A stretch of 63,994 nt of DNA, counting the filler, from Lenisia limosa (lineage: Eukaryota > Protista > Breviatea): assembly GCA_001655205.1 (NCBI GenBank). It is 12 parts of 12 records of this genome, joined end to end, with 100 filler letters (N's around TTAATTAATTAA, not from the genome) between each part and the next. Parts side by side here need not be neighbours in the genome. Positions count along the whole stretch, not along the records: positions 36,003 to 47,473 come from LPNZ01008381.1; positions 47,574 to 51,768 come from LPNZ01000588.1; 10 more parts are not named here. One strand, written 5' to 3'. The notes beneath the pieces are model-generated. The model ran no database searches, was not told the DNA's origin, and saw nothing but the letters and a program-made list of their open reading frames with translations. Positions 36,020 through 47,970 of the stretch are shown in pieces (position 1 is the first letter of the stretch; the number at the start of each line of letters is the position of its first letter). The translations under genes and the position numbers were made by a program.

Positions 36020-37579
36020 AGCTTTGTTTATTCTTCTTTCTTGTATTTGGAATTCTTGTTGGTATAGAACCGTCCCTTACATCACAACATCTGCAAGTTG
36101 GTTCACGTTTTTCAATTCATGTTATTTCAGTCCAATGACTCTTATGTCCATGCCCACATGAAAAAGGTCATGGTGGAAAAAATTCAAGAAATTCGAAGAG
36201 TCGATGGAAATACGTAGGCTACTCTTTTACCAAGCATCACCGAATGTAGATTGACCCAGGAAAAACTGGCCAAGACAATGAGAGATGGTTTTTCATCAGT
36301 TTCTAAGGATGTCATCACTGCGTCTGTGAAGAAATGTGGATTCTCTTTATCCGGTTATCATCCCTTCTCCATTCCAAATGCTGCATATTCTTATGGAAAG
36401 GCTTATCGATTTGACAATTATCCAATGTCTGACGATATTGATTATCAAAAGGCACTCTTTGGAATTGAAAACATCACAGCACCGCCAGAAACTTTGAACC
36501 TTTGCTTGCTATCACCTGCAGAAATCACATTTCAAGAGAACGCTAGCAAGCGTGAGGAGGCACAAGCAAGGACAGATATGGCCCAATGCCCCATTCTCGC
36601 TGAACTGGATGACGAAGTAGCAGTGGCTAAACGGGCCTTTGAGATGTCAAAAAAGGCAGGTTTACCGAAAGCTATTTGCTCAATGGCGCCGACAGCTGCA
36701 ATTGCAGCTTTGAATTCAAGATCTCCAACCCATGTTTGCGACGTACTCTGCAAAGTTTCCGCACTTGCAGAAGGATTCAGTGAGGAAGAAGCACACCAGG
36801 CCAGCTTGCACGCCAGCAGTTCGGTTGAATTAAGAGCTTTGGACATTCCACATGATAAATCTGTCCGTATTCTCTGGGTGACCCCAGGCTTAAAAACGGC
36901 GGAAATCAGGATGACCAAGTTATTGTTACCAAGAACGTTCTTCAGCAGAGGAAGCCGAGTCAAAAAAAGGTGGATACAAAGCAGAGTGCAACGCTTGGTC
37001 CCGAGACAATTGATGCCACTGGTGGAGCAGAAGAAGTCAGGAAACGACAATTGGTTCGAAATGGAGGTAAGCCATTTGAACAATAAAATAATTCTCTTTA
37101 GAAGGAGGAAATGGACGAGGACGAGGCCATGGAAGGGGAAGATGAAGGGAAAGAGGAAGGATTGATACAAGTAAGAGCAATACTGAGCATGTCTAACTTT
37201 CAAAAAAACCAACGTCTTGGCACAACTGACAATAACGCACCTCAAGTTGAAACACAAAAAAGTTNNNNNNNNNNAAATTGTCACTCATATCTCTAGCAGT
37301 TGGTAGAACACGAGGAAGGTGCCTAGCAATGGATGGAATATTTTCGGATCCTGAAGACAACGGTATTTCGACATTTTAAATTGAATAAGAAATTTGTGGG
37401 GATCTGAAATTAACAGAAACAGAAACATCAAGTGAAGAAGAAGATGATAAACCAGCCATGTGGTTCTCTTGCTTGATAACCCCCTCTTATTTGTCTCAGT
37501 GAGAGTGACGGCAACTCGTGGTGGTACAAGAGGAGAGAAAGCCCGTGGACGTGGTCGAGGAGGACGTGGTCGCCGTTGA
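36020..37579 (+). mobile_element. Spliced pogo-like (DDE_1-type) transposase-derived gene, C-terminal part
   Basis: After removing 34- and 36-nt introns it reads GILVGIEPSLTSQHLQSNDSYVHAHMKK...LAKTMRDGFSSVSKDVITASVKKCGFS, matching the pogo DDE_1 end (P..TS.LQPLD..F..K...W..V....I..SFKKCGI). Then a long unique region, an acidic block and an RGRGRGGRGRR* tail. Confidence 0.62.
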
Positions 37580-37817
37580 AAATTGAAATTTGGTTTAAAT
37601 TTGCGTTTTATTTTTGTTTTTTGGTTATTCTTGAAAATATATGTATCTACATCATCACCTTCCAATTCTATAAAGCTACAATATTTAAAAAATATCAGTG
37701 AATATCAGTTTTGGGCCGCAAAGAGTGAAATCGCGAAGTAAAATCAATACAAGGAAACTTTTGTTATCATTTTTGACAATTCATAAAAAAACAAAGATAA
37801 ATGGACGGAGAGATATA

Positions 37818-37877
37818 AAGTGACCGGGATAAGTCTTGTTCCAAGGAAAATCGGCCAAGACTTTTTCCCGGTCACTG
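37818..37877. mobile_element. MITE family C copy, internally shortened
   Basis: TA|AAGTGACCGGGATAAGTCTTG...CAAGACTTTTTCCCGGTCACTG|TA; long TIRs with TA flanks. Confidence 0.85.
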
Positions 37878-38379
37878 TATAAGTCTTCAATCTGCTTTCA
37901 AAAAATTAAAGACTGAATGCCTCAAAAATCCCACCAAAGTTACACCCTTATGGGCAACAAACAGAGAACTCATCGAAAAACAACAATTACCAACTTACTC
38001 AATATAGAAGCAAATAACAAAGCATGTCGTAGCAAAAAATATGAAAGGAGCAAGGAACACAATTGCGGGAAGAACTTCACTCTAAAGATCACATAAGATC
38101 ATTTCGAATGTTACCCTTCATGATTCTTCAAAGTTCTTTTTGATACTCATCTCCTTTGATTAGAATTTGAGGTTTGATACATCAATATTGATAGCGTTAC
38201 TTTATAGAAGAACTATGCTATCATTACCCTTATGCAAATAGTCATGATAGTAACACCCCCCCACTTGGGCCAATCGTGTTAAAACAAACAACGATCGAAG
38301 CATTTCTGAAGGGTCAAAAGGACTAAATATGAAAAACGATATCATGACAGTTTAAATTGTTTCCCTAGATTTCTAATGT

Positions 38380-41300
38380 ACTATAATATTATTTTTCTTG
38401 CTCAAAAAAACCATGCTCCAAAGGTTATCGACAGATTCACCAATATAGCCCGTAGCATGCCCTACCAGCATCGGCGGATTTATGATGTTGGGACACGGCT
38501 GGCTGAAGCAAAGAGAGTCCATCTGATATACTGAGCGACAGGACTGACTGCCACCATTCACACGCTGCGTCAACCTTGGACGTAAGGGGGCTGATTGGGA
38601 GTGGAATCCAAAAGGAATCATCTTCGGAAATAATAGACATATCACATGCTATACCATGTAATACTACATATGTTGACAAAAATATAGGCTTTGATAACAA
38701 ATAGAAACCATGCAACAATGACTTTACTTAACAACACCACTAATACCTTGAGGTCATCTAGCTTGCGAATGGCAAGGGCCGTGACATAGAACATGACAAA
38801 CACCATGAGGAATAAAAAGGCCATGCTCGTGGTGTGGAGGGGGAGGGAGTTGTGCGTTGGTAGGAAGTGGTCTTGCATCTCAAAAGCCATGATGAAGAGG
38901 AAGGAAGGAAGGAGGACGGCAGGGAGGGTCAATAGACTGCTTGCAACCACAATTCTAATGTCAACAATAAGCAAACAGTCGAGATGATGCGGGAAATGAA
39001 ACATGACAGAGAGTCAAAATAGATGAAATGGTATAATTAGTAAATATGGCAATGGTATAAATAATGAAAGCTGATAATTAGCATATGATCAACATTTATG
39101 TTATATTATAGTAATAAACAACTGAATCAATACTATCCATGCAACTTTCAATTAATCTGTGATACCATGACAATAGGCTCACTGGTTTTTGGTGCAATCA
39201 GTAATAACAAACAGCTTTGACGTTGTTTTGAGGGCCAAAAGCTCTGAAACTGTAAGCGTATAATACAATAATAAGAAACGATGCGGGGAAAGAAATAATA
39301 AATACAAGGCGGCACAATCTAGTCAGCAACATCCATATTGATTCTTAGAAAATACTAATTCACCAAATAATTTGTCTACATATTTCGCACATAAAGGTAT
39401 GTATATTGCTGCTGCCCCTCTTACCCTTAAAACTTGTTGCAGAAGATAGGGGAGTCATGGATCTGAATAGAAATAAAGAAAAAAATCCAATGTTACGGGG
39501 GTGAATTCCCAGAATAATATTTTTATAACAAAGGCAAAGCTTCATCCTAACCAAATAGACAAGCATTGATTCTAAGAGAAATGTCCCACTTTTTGGTGAG
39601 GATGTCAGAGTTACAATCTGAGTTGCATTCCGAGTAGCCATCGTTAAAGAGAATATCCTCATCTTGGACTGGATCACTAAACTTCTAAAAAGGATAAGCC
39701 ATATGGAATTTGCATAAGGCAGTGATTGTAGATAACAAACCAAAACAATGCCCTTTCGGTATTCATACAAGTTATAATCAATAAATATTGTCCTGGTCTG
39801 ACCTCAGGAGGAGGGGGCTGAAACTGCTTCAATTGTGGCGACGGCGTGAGCTTATTTGGCGCCACCTGGGGGGAACTGGTCGGGCCTGGGTGTCGTTTTG
39901 GATGTGGCGGGAGGCTGCCAGATGCGTGTAATACTGGAGGTGCACGGGTGCTGAAAGTGGTAAAGTTGAAATCACATTTATACAGAGCAGTTCACCCTTT
40001 TTTTTGCACTGCCTACTACGTCTTGAATAAAAGGTAGAGATGTAACCCGATATGATTATATACTATTTTTGTGATGTACTCTTATAAAATAGAAGGTACA
40101 GGCTTCACACACAACACGTAACCATAATAAGGTAGTACGACCTACTTATTGTGCTCAGCGTAGTCGAAGTCATGTTCAAACATCATCATGCCGTCATTTG
40201 TCGGAGTGACCGCTAGCGCCTTCGGGCTATCAAAAAGAGCCTTCTTCTCTTTCTTATGGTAGGGATTTGGAATAGGTGACACTGGTACAACGATGTCTTT
40301 GACAACCGATGGCGGCGGCGGAGGGGGGGAATCGGCTAACTTCTCATCACTCATGGGTTCGTCATCACTGAACAAACCGAAGGAATCTGAATGAATGATT
40401 AAATCTGATTCACAAGCAACAAGGTTGAATCTATAGGAATACTCTTCAGCCGTACACCTTCATTTTATGGTAATACTGATACAAGGTACCACATGAAATA
40501 TCACAATACCGTACTTACAAACCTTTCATCAATGCTGCCTATTTGGATACATTCAAATCTTTCATCATAGCTGCCTATTTGGATCTTCCTATTTCACAAA
40601 TTCCAAGAGTGCAAATAGATACTCCTTGAACTCCCCGCACCTAATGATGATGTTGATTTGTTGAGATGGAGATTCGACTGAGACCGGTCTCTTTCGCCAA
40701 GGTCGTCCGATTTACTAAACCGGTGCGTCAGAGGCGTGACAATGTCCTCTTGGTCAAAAGCTGAGGAAGAGGGCGATATCCGGATAATCAGTCTGGGTTG
40801 TGAAGAGAAGAAATACAAGCTGTTTTTTGGGGAATGATTTAACATTCTTGCTGATGCAATTCTGATGAATACAATTATTCACAAAAGAGTTCAATGAACA
40901 TAAACGCATTCAAACTTGTGAATCTTAATCTTCTCCAGACCCTTTCTTTCCCAGTATAATATGGACCACCTTTTCAAAACAGAGTTAGTGTCCCCTTACG
41001 GTGAAAGTTCCGGATAGGGTGTTGGAGTCGTAGTGGCTTCAGATGGACTAATTGTTAGAGAGTGGACACTTTGCGACTGCGACAGTCGCGGCTTAAGGGG
41101 CTTGAGGTGCTGCTGGCTGTACTGGTACTTTAGGGTGATACTGGAGAAGTCAAGTAGCTCATCTTCCAAAATTGGCTCATTGAGGGGGGGTGTCGCTGAA
41201 ATTCGAGGTGGGATTACCTACAATCATGAAGGGAGAAAAGTAACATTGAAAAGTCAATATGTTAAGAAAATTCGCATTCTTTTGAGTGAATTTCTTGAAC

Positions 41301-42760
41301 AAGACACATAACTCTAGAGTAATTAACCAACCTTAATAGGGGATGGCGTGGAGCGTGTGGATGGTGTGATGGTATTGGTTTGTGTTCGGGAAACAACGTG
41401 GGTGAATGTGGGCGCCTTACGCGCATTTCTGCGTTTTTCGATCCACAATGAGTCCGCAAATGATGATCTGTTTAGTCATATCTGTAATTTATGTTGTGTT
41501 GATATTTGTAGTGTTTCAAAATGCATTTGGATTTCCAGATATGATGAAGTTTAAAAATATACTTGGATTTTTCAGTTATGTTGAAGTTTAAAAATTGACT
41601 TGGATTTTCCAGTTATGATGAAGTTTACAGTCATCATGAATGTGATAAGGGTTTTCATCAGGGTTAGCCTTTAATACATTTTAGAAGATCAAACGATGAC
41701 AAAGACCTACCTCATAGTGTCAGGAGGGCTTTCCCTCCGTTCTCCCGTTGTTGGATTGTGGTAGTAGAGCTTTCCATCAGGTCCTTCCATCTGAACACGA
41801 ATGAAGTTTGAATTAAGAGCTAATCCAAAGGAAAAATGCTAAAAACGGTTACAGATGTGATCTTGGTGTCTACATTTACGGAACATAAGTTATCTGGTAT
41901 AATATCAATGTCAACATCTTCTTTCTTGTGGAGTATCTTTACCTGTACTTAGTGAAAAATATGCGCTTTAACGCACCCCCCACCTCCAGCCAGTTTGCAG
42001 CTGACTGTGGGCGGACAAAGATGGCTGTTTTAACCGCCTCAGACGCGAGGACTTTATCGCGGGCTCTTGAGACGGAGTCGGCATCATCGCGTGTTGTTGC
42101 CGTGTCACTGAATGCTGCATTGTGATTGTGACTTTGATTGTGTTTTTTGAAAAGGTTGTTATTTACGGCTATTACAGGTGGTGGAACTGAAGTCACTTTG
42201 TTTTAAGATATCCAAAAGATGATATAATACATTTGTCATTTTTATAAAAATAAAATACCACCACTTCACAATATCCCTTTTAAAAACAATTGATCCAAGA
42301 ACAAGTCACCCTGACAAAATTGGGCGCTTTTTGGTTCATAAGCTCAAAACGCGTGAACATAGTCTTTTCCAGAAATTTCGATACAATGAAAGTCTCACTG
42401 TAAATATCTTTCAAGTCCATGTTTATTATAATATGTATACACTAGTCAGTACTGATGAAGAACAAGCATTTGGAACCTACATCGAATTCTTGTCCCGCAT
42501 TTCCTCGGATCGGGCAGCGACTGTGCCAACAACTGGAGGGTGAATCGCACAATGCCAAAAGATGAACAAAACGGAATCTTCTAATGATTCTGATGAATGA
42601 AAGATAAAGAGCTTTAGACTAAAACAGAACCTGGCGTTCTTTTTATGTCATTGGGCCTGTTGCCAGCCCCAACCAACCTCTACAGGCTCCTCCTCGCGGG
42701 GGGCGGACGACGTCGTCATTGCCTCTTCGGTGATGACATGCTACGTCGGATACTACGGTG
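38380..42760 (-). CDS. Unidentified multi-exon protein with WW-like motif, Ser/Pro-rich middle and C-terminal hydrophobic helices
   Basis: Exons EGPDGKLYYHNPTTGERRESPP (WW-like, ~41705-41820), S/P-rich exons 39790-41220, and RIVVASSLLTLPAVLLPSFLFIMAF..MAFLFLMVFVMFYVTALAIR (38745-38957). May be more than one gene. Confidence 0.5.
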
Positions 42761-42819
42761 TTAATATTAGCTTGGAACACTGACACATTGTTTGTACATA
42801 ATTGGAGGCAGCAGAGACC

Positions 42820-43480
42820 CACTGACGCTCTTCACAGGCAAACTTACCATATGCGGAAGAAACCTCTTAACCGGGAAGTTTTCGCACAAATAGGCCTTAA
42901 ATAGGAAAATTTCCGACACCATACGACCTTTAATAAGATATTCAACTTCAAGTTCAAAAAACGTCTGTCAAAGGTTCGATTCTTCCTTTCCTTTCTCTGA
43001 TGTTCCAGAAAGAGCACAATCCGTTGAAACAGTTGCGATGGTGGAGTGGGGACATTGTCCTCCCCTGTATTCGTAGCGAAATCTCAGATTCTGTTTAGCT
43101 CAGGGATCATTTAGCCATCCATGTGTGACAATCCAAGCCAAAGTGCTTTGGCTATGAACGTTGAAAGGTCTTTTATATGGTTGCAAAACAGCAAAGCTTC
43201 TTTTGCCGCTTTGCTACCCCTAATTTTATTTAATAGCATCATATATTAGGTTTCAGTGGGACTAGGTGAAAGGAAGAGCTTTGGTTGGAGCACTTTGTTA
43301 ACTAGGCAAACGGCGGGTGTTTATACCCTATTAAACTGCGGAATTTGCAGAATTCTCTTCCTTTTACCCGATACAAGGATCACACGGAGTGTGTCACCAC
43401 ATAACATCACATTGTGAGCCTACCAGCATCAGTGGGGAAAATTTGGAGAACGATATTCGTTAACGTTAAGCGCAAATTGT
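42820..43480 (-). pseudogene. Degenerate coding-like block upstream of the PQ-loop gene
   Basis: Protein-like text interrupted by stops (SEKGKEESNL*QTFFELEVEYLIKGRMVSEIFLFKAYLCENFPVKRFLPHM|gtaag). Confidence 0.3.
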
Positions 43481-43556
43481 CCCTTCTAGTCCTGCATTAG
43501 AAATAAATTGTTGATTGTAAATTTTATCAGGGACACGTTCGGCTGAAATCGGCAAC

Positions 43557-46130
43557 ATGGGTTGTGACAAGGTAAGTCAAGTTATTCAATCACATGCCTA
43601 GTATCAAGATGGCTATGAAGTCAACCACTACATCGCGAACACCTTCGGTGACTGTATTTATACGGAACGACAGATGGTGTCCTTCAGCGTGGGCATGCTG
43701 TCGATCTTCATCTGGATGATCGCGTTGATGCCGTAGGTCCAGGTTCCGAGGTTCACAATCCAGTCAACTGTGGCTGACGTTCCGATCGAAGAAGCCGGAG
43801 AGTGTGTCTCTGCCCTTCCTCGTGGTGTGGGTACTTGGTGACTTCACGGGCCTTGCGGGTGCCATTTTGACGGACCAGCTTTCGACTCAGATCTACCTGG
43901 CTTGGTACTTCCTTATCGTGTAGGCTGGAATTCAACTCATGAGCTGGTTGAAATGGGCTCGAAGCACCATGCTTACTATCAACTTTTTTTGCTTTTCTTA
44001 ACTTATCTTTACTTCACATTCGTCAGCAAATTTGTCTATTTCACTTATCTTCTCAAATATTCTCAACGTTCCCAAGACTCACCATCTTCCCTATACTCAT
44101 AGTCTTCTCTCTCACCATCTTCCCAATACTCATAGTCTTCTCTCGGTATTATCATAGGTTTTCTGATTGTCTTGCTATTAACTTATCTCATTGGTTAACT
44201 TGTCTCATTAGTTAACTTATCTCATTGGTTAAAGATTCAAAGGGTGGTATTACTTTATTTGTTATGATTGGCCATGGATGTATGCTGACCACGCTAGATG
44301 TATTTTGCTGATGATGCAAAACATCTATTACTCAAAGAGGCAGAAGAGAATAATGAAAAGGTTGGCGGGTGCTTGTCCATGTTTTTTTTTTATGATTTGT
44401 TGAATGAGTGCATTCATTTTCCCTTGTTGAGAGAAAACTCCAGACAAGTCATGCATTTGACCCTTGTCATTTTTATGTGTAGGGTTTTAGATTATTCGAT
44501 AAGTGATTAATACCATAATGCCAATAGTCTTCGTCGAAATTTCCTTCGTTACTCGTAGGGCGCAGAACATCAACCAGGAGGACGAGTCTGACCCGCTCAT
44601 CGGCTCAACCGCGGCCGTTCTGGGACTGTGGGTCGGCTGTTGTTGGCCTCTAGGCTTTAATGAGGGTCAAGATACTGTGGTGACCAGTCAAAACGTGATG
44701 ATATTCATACTTCTTAACGAGTATTGTATTAATCATATACTTTTTTTTTGATAAACTTCCATGACCATTTTGTCAAAGTTTCAACAAAAGTGATCTCATA
44801 TTATACTTATTAGTTTGTTGCGAAGTAACCCCTTTCCCAGAATTGACAGTTACAATGGATTGGAGTCTGGACAAGCTTTTATCAACATAATGTCCTTTTG
44901 CCATCATTCATTCTTTTGCGACTTATTTAATGAATAACCACCTCAGGGTTTTTGTTGGTTCAACAATAGTGCTATCCTCAAGACCGTCAACAGAGGGTGT
45001 TGGAAGGTCACTACTAACCGAAGATGTTGGGGGGTTGTCTGGGTTGTCTGGGCTTTGAAGATGGGGCAATTAGGGTCCTTTTGACCCAAATTACAAGTAA
45101 TCTTCTTGTATTGTCGAATATAATTCTAGCAAGCGTATAGCATCTTATGACAAAAGCCTTGATGCTCTAGTTTGACAAGGAGCACTGGAAGTACTGGCTT
45201 GGGTTAGCGTGCGCGTATCTTTGCGCCATTTTCTACGTCGGATCCAGAATCCCACAAATCATGCTGAATGTGGGTGTTGTTTGTTATAATTAGACCATAA
45301 ACAGTATGTTACTAGTGTAACTGGCGGCCTTACTGCTCTTTTTCAAACAGTTATGTTTAATCTTCTTTTTTCTGTGGTTTCTATTCGCTTTAAAACAAAA
45401 GTCCTGTTTTTTTTACAAAGCTATGATACTCTTCTCTCTCTTGGTTTATTTCCTTATATCTTGATATTATCCCTGACAATCAGTTCAAACGCAAAGCTAC
45501 TGATGGGTTGTCACTGAAAATGTTCTGTCTTGGGGTACTCGGTATGGGGGGGGGGGGGGGNNNNNNNNNNNNNNNNNNNNNNNNNNNNNNNNNNNNNNNN
45601 NNNNNNNNNNNNNNNNNNNNNNNNNNNNNNNNNNNNNNNNNNNNNNNNNNNNNNNNNNNNNCGGAATGCTGTTTAGAAAGAGCTGCATATCACATTGACA
45701 CATCAGGTAATCTAACATCAAATGATTATTTCAACGCAAATCCACTATTCATTGTGACAAATCTCCAAGGCATTATCCATGTTCCTTGTATCCCTAACTC
45801 TCAAGGATCATCTTCCCTTCCTATTAAACTCAGCGCCCACGCTCCTACTTGACGCAGTGGTATGGGGGTAGAGATTCACTTCGGTTCAAAAAAAAACTGA
45901 ATATTTCGATAAATCCTCGAAAACTATTGATATTTAAGCGAAGTGAAGCCCAATATGAGGGGTATCAAGACTTGTGTCATTGGTGTCTTTGGGTATCTGT
46001 AAAGCCTTTGTGGATGAGAAGGGTGCTTATGGTTGTGTTCATCTCTCTTTGACAGTTCACCCTCCAGGTGCTTTATCAATCCAAGCACTACAGGAGGGTG
46101 GTTGAGGCTTCACTAGACGTGGAGGGCGAA
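43557..46130 (+). CDS. SLC66A1: PQ-loop lysosomal cationic amino acid transporter (PQLC2-like)
   Basis: GDCIYTERQMVSFSVGMLSIFIWMIALMPQLW..SVSLPFLVVWVLGDFTGLAGAILTDQLSTQIYLAW; second PQ motif YVGSRIPQIMLN|FKRKATDGLS; HLPFLLNSAPTLLLDA. Confidence 0.9.
45869..45953. mobile_element. MITE family A copy in PQ-loop gene intron
   Basis: Degenerate TIRs; TSD TATGGGGG/TATGAGGG. Confidence 0.82.
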
Positions 46131-46519
46131 AAGGGTGGGTTGAAATCTCTTCATTTAATCCATTTCCTCATGTTGATTTTGCCTTTTTGATTGTTTTAAA
46201 GGATCTGTTTCTCTCTTCCCCAATATTTTTTTGTATCACCTTCTAGGGTACCAAACGTTTGAGCCCCCACAGGACTTTGAAAAGGTATAAACAGCATGGA
46301 ATGTACACTAATGGTAAAGTAATAGATTTTTTCGATCTTCTTACATGGTCAATAATGAAAAAGAGGTCTTGTATGTAAGTCTTTACAAAAGTTATATTAA
46401 TGGAAAGGTTTCTCTTTGTGAATAAGAAAAAAGAGAATGTATCTTCAAATAGACATCTCAAAAAACAGACATAAATTAATAGAGGGTCTATACATCTTGA
46501 GAGACATGAAATAAATAGA

Positions 46520-47450
46520 AAGGTCTATAAATCCTGGCACACGGACGCAATGGCTAATCGAAGGGGTATTTCGGCTTGGTGGATACTGGCTAGTCAGATT
46601 TGGTGTAATTCTTAATCGTACGAACAAACACTGAAGCTTCAGCCCTTCTAATTCGATTCAAAACCTACTTCAACGCTTTGGCTGCAGTTTGATTGGAGGG
46701 GCGAAGATTGTTTTGCGAGATGCTATTGGGGACGAGAAGGTGGAAAAGAGAGTATTCCAGCTCAGACACGAGAGCCTAAAAAGGATGAGTGCTTGGGGAA
46801 GAAGAGAAAATATAGAAAGCCGCCTCTATATAGTTTTTCCAAGAAAAAACTATAAATACTTTAGAAATCTTGGGAAACAAATAAATATAGATATAGTATA
46901 GAGGTGTGTAATTGAATGAAGATATCAACCTTTATAGAGGGATGGGACGCAAGGCCGAGAGATTCTAAAGCGATTTCACCCAGTATCGACTCAAAAGAAG
47001 ACAGCACCTGAACATTACTCTGGAATAGAACTGACATGGGTACCTAACAATCCGTTTCAACAATAAATTTTCATTCCAAACGTAATGTCTGAAATTTTCT
47101 TGCAAAAATAACTACCAAACACACCTCTCGGATACCGTAAAATGTAGCTCAGCTTGTTTCATATTCCTACTTGCCCTCAAGACACTACTGCCTCCAGCTG
47201 TTTCTCTCTCATGTGACAATACTGCTCCAAAAAGCCCTCAAACCGAGACAGCTGAAACACCCAGTTGATGTAGCTTGACAGTAGTTTCAAGAGCCTTGAG
47301 AATGGAAGGAGCGGCAGGGCCCCCATGGTATCTAAATAAATGAGACAGAACCAAAAAGTGAGGGGTGTGGGAATTATGGCAGAGGGATTACTCAGCGCGA
47401 TAGGTGTACTAGGGCATTGGGGGGTACTAGAAAGATGGGATAGGAAGCAG
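46520..47450 (-). CDS. Unidentified helical protein, 3-prime exons
   Basis: GT-AG exons DTMGGPAAPSILKALETTVKLHQL, VLSSFESILGEIALESLGLASHPSIK and ALVSELEYSLFHLLVPNSISQNNLRPSNQTAAKALK. Confidence 0.5.
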
Positions 47451-47573
47451 AGCCCTCCCTTTGAACAAAAAAGNNNNNNNNNNNNNNNNNNNNNNNNNNN
47501 NNNNNNNNNNNNNNNNNTTAATTAATTAANNNNNNNNNNNNNNNNNNNNNNNNNNNNNNNNNNNNNNNNNNNN

Positions 47574-47645
47574 GTTGATAACAACAAAACAAATAAAGCC
47601 CAGGCCAGTCGCTTTTGCAGCACCACATCCCATCACTCCAGCGTA
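47574..47645. repeat. Dispersed repeat family B copy
   Basis: AAAGCCCAGGCCAGTCGCTTTTGCAGCACCACATCCCATCACTCCAGCGTACG. Confidence 0.82.
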
Positions 47646-47887
47646 CGTAAAAATGAATAGTGTATGAAAGCACCGCATTGTGGGGTAAAAGGAAGGGAAA
47701 TTCGATGAATAATTTTCGCGTAAAGATAATAATATGAACTTGTGAGGCGTGGGCGCGAGAGTCTAGACATGTATTTATTTGTTTCCCTAGATTTCTACGT
47801 GTGTATCTTTGCTCAAAACAAAAGGAAGGTGGGTGAAAAGGTAAATGGAAATATGGTGTGGACAGAGGGATTGAAAAAGATACTATA

Positions 47888-47955
47888 CAGTCAAGTCCTG
47901 ACCGAATTACTAGATGATTTCTAAGGAAAATCGGACAAGACTTATCCCTGTCACG
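47888..47955. mobile_element. MITE family C copy (degenerate)
   Basis: TA|CAGTCAAGTCCTGACCG...AAGGAAAATCGGACAAGACTTATCCCTGTCAC. Confidence 0.7.
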
Positions 47956-47970
47956 GTTTTCCAACACCCC

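Noticed and set aside
36532-37284. 250-aa minus-strand ORF
   Set aside because: Antisense shadow of the pogo-like gene.
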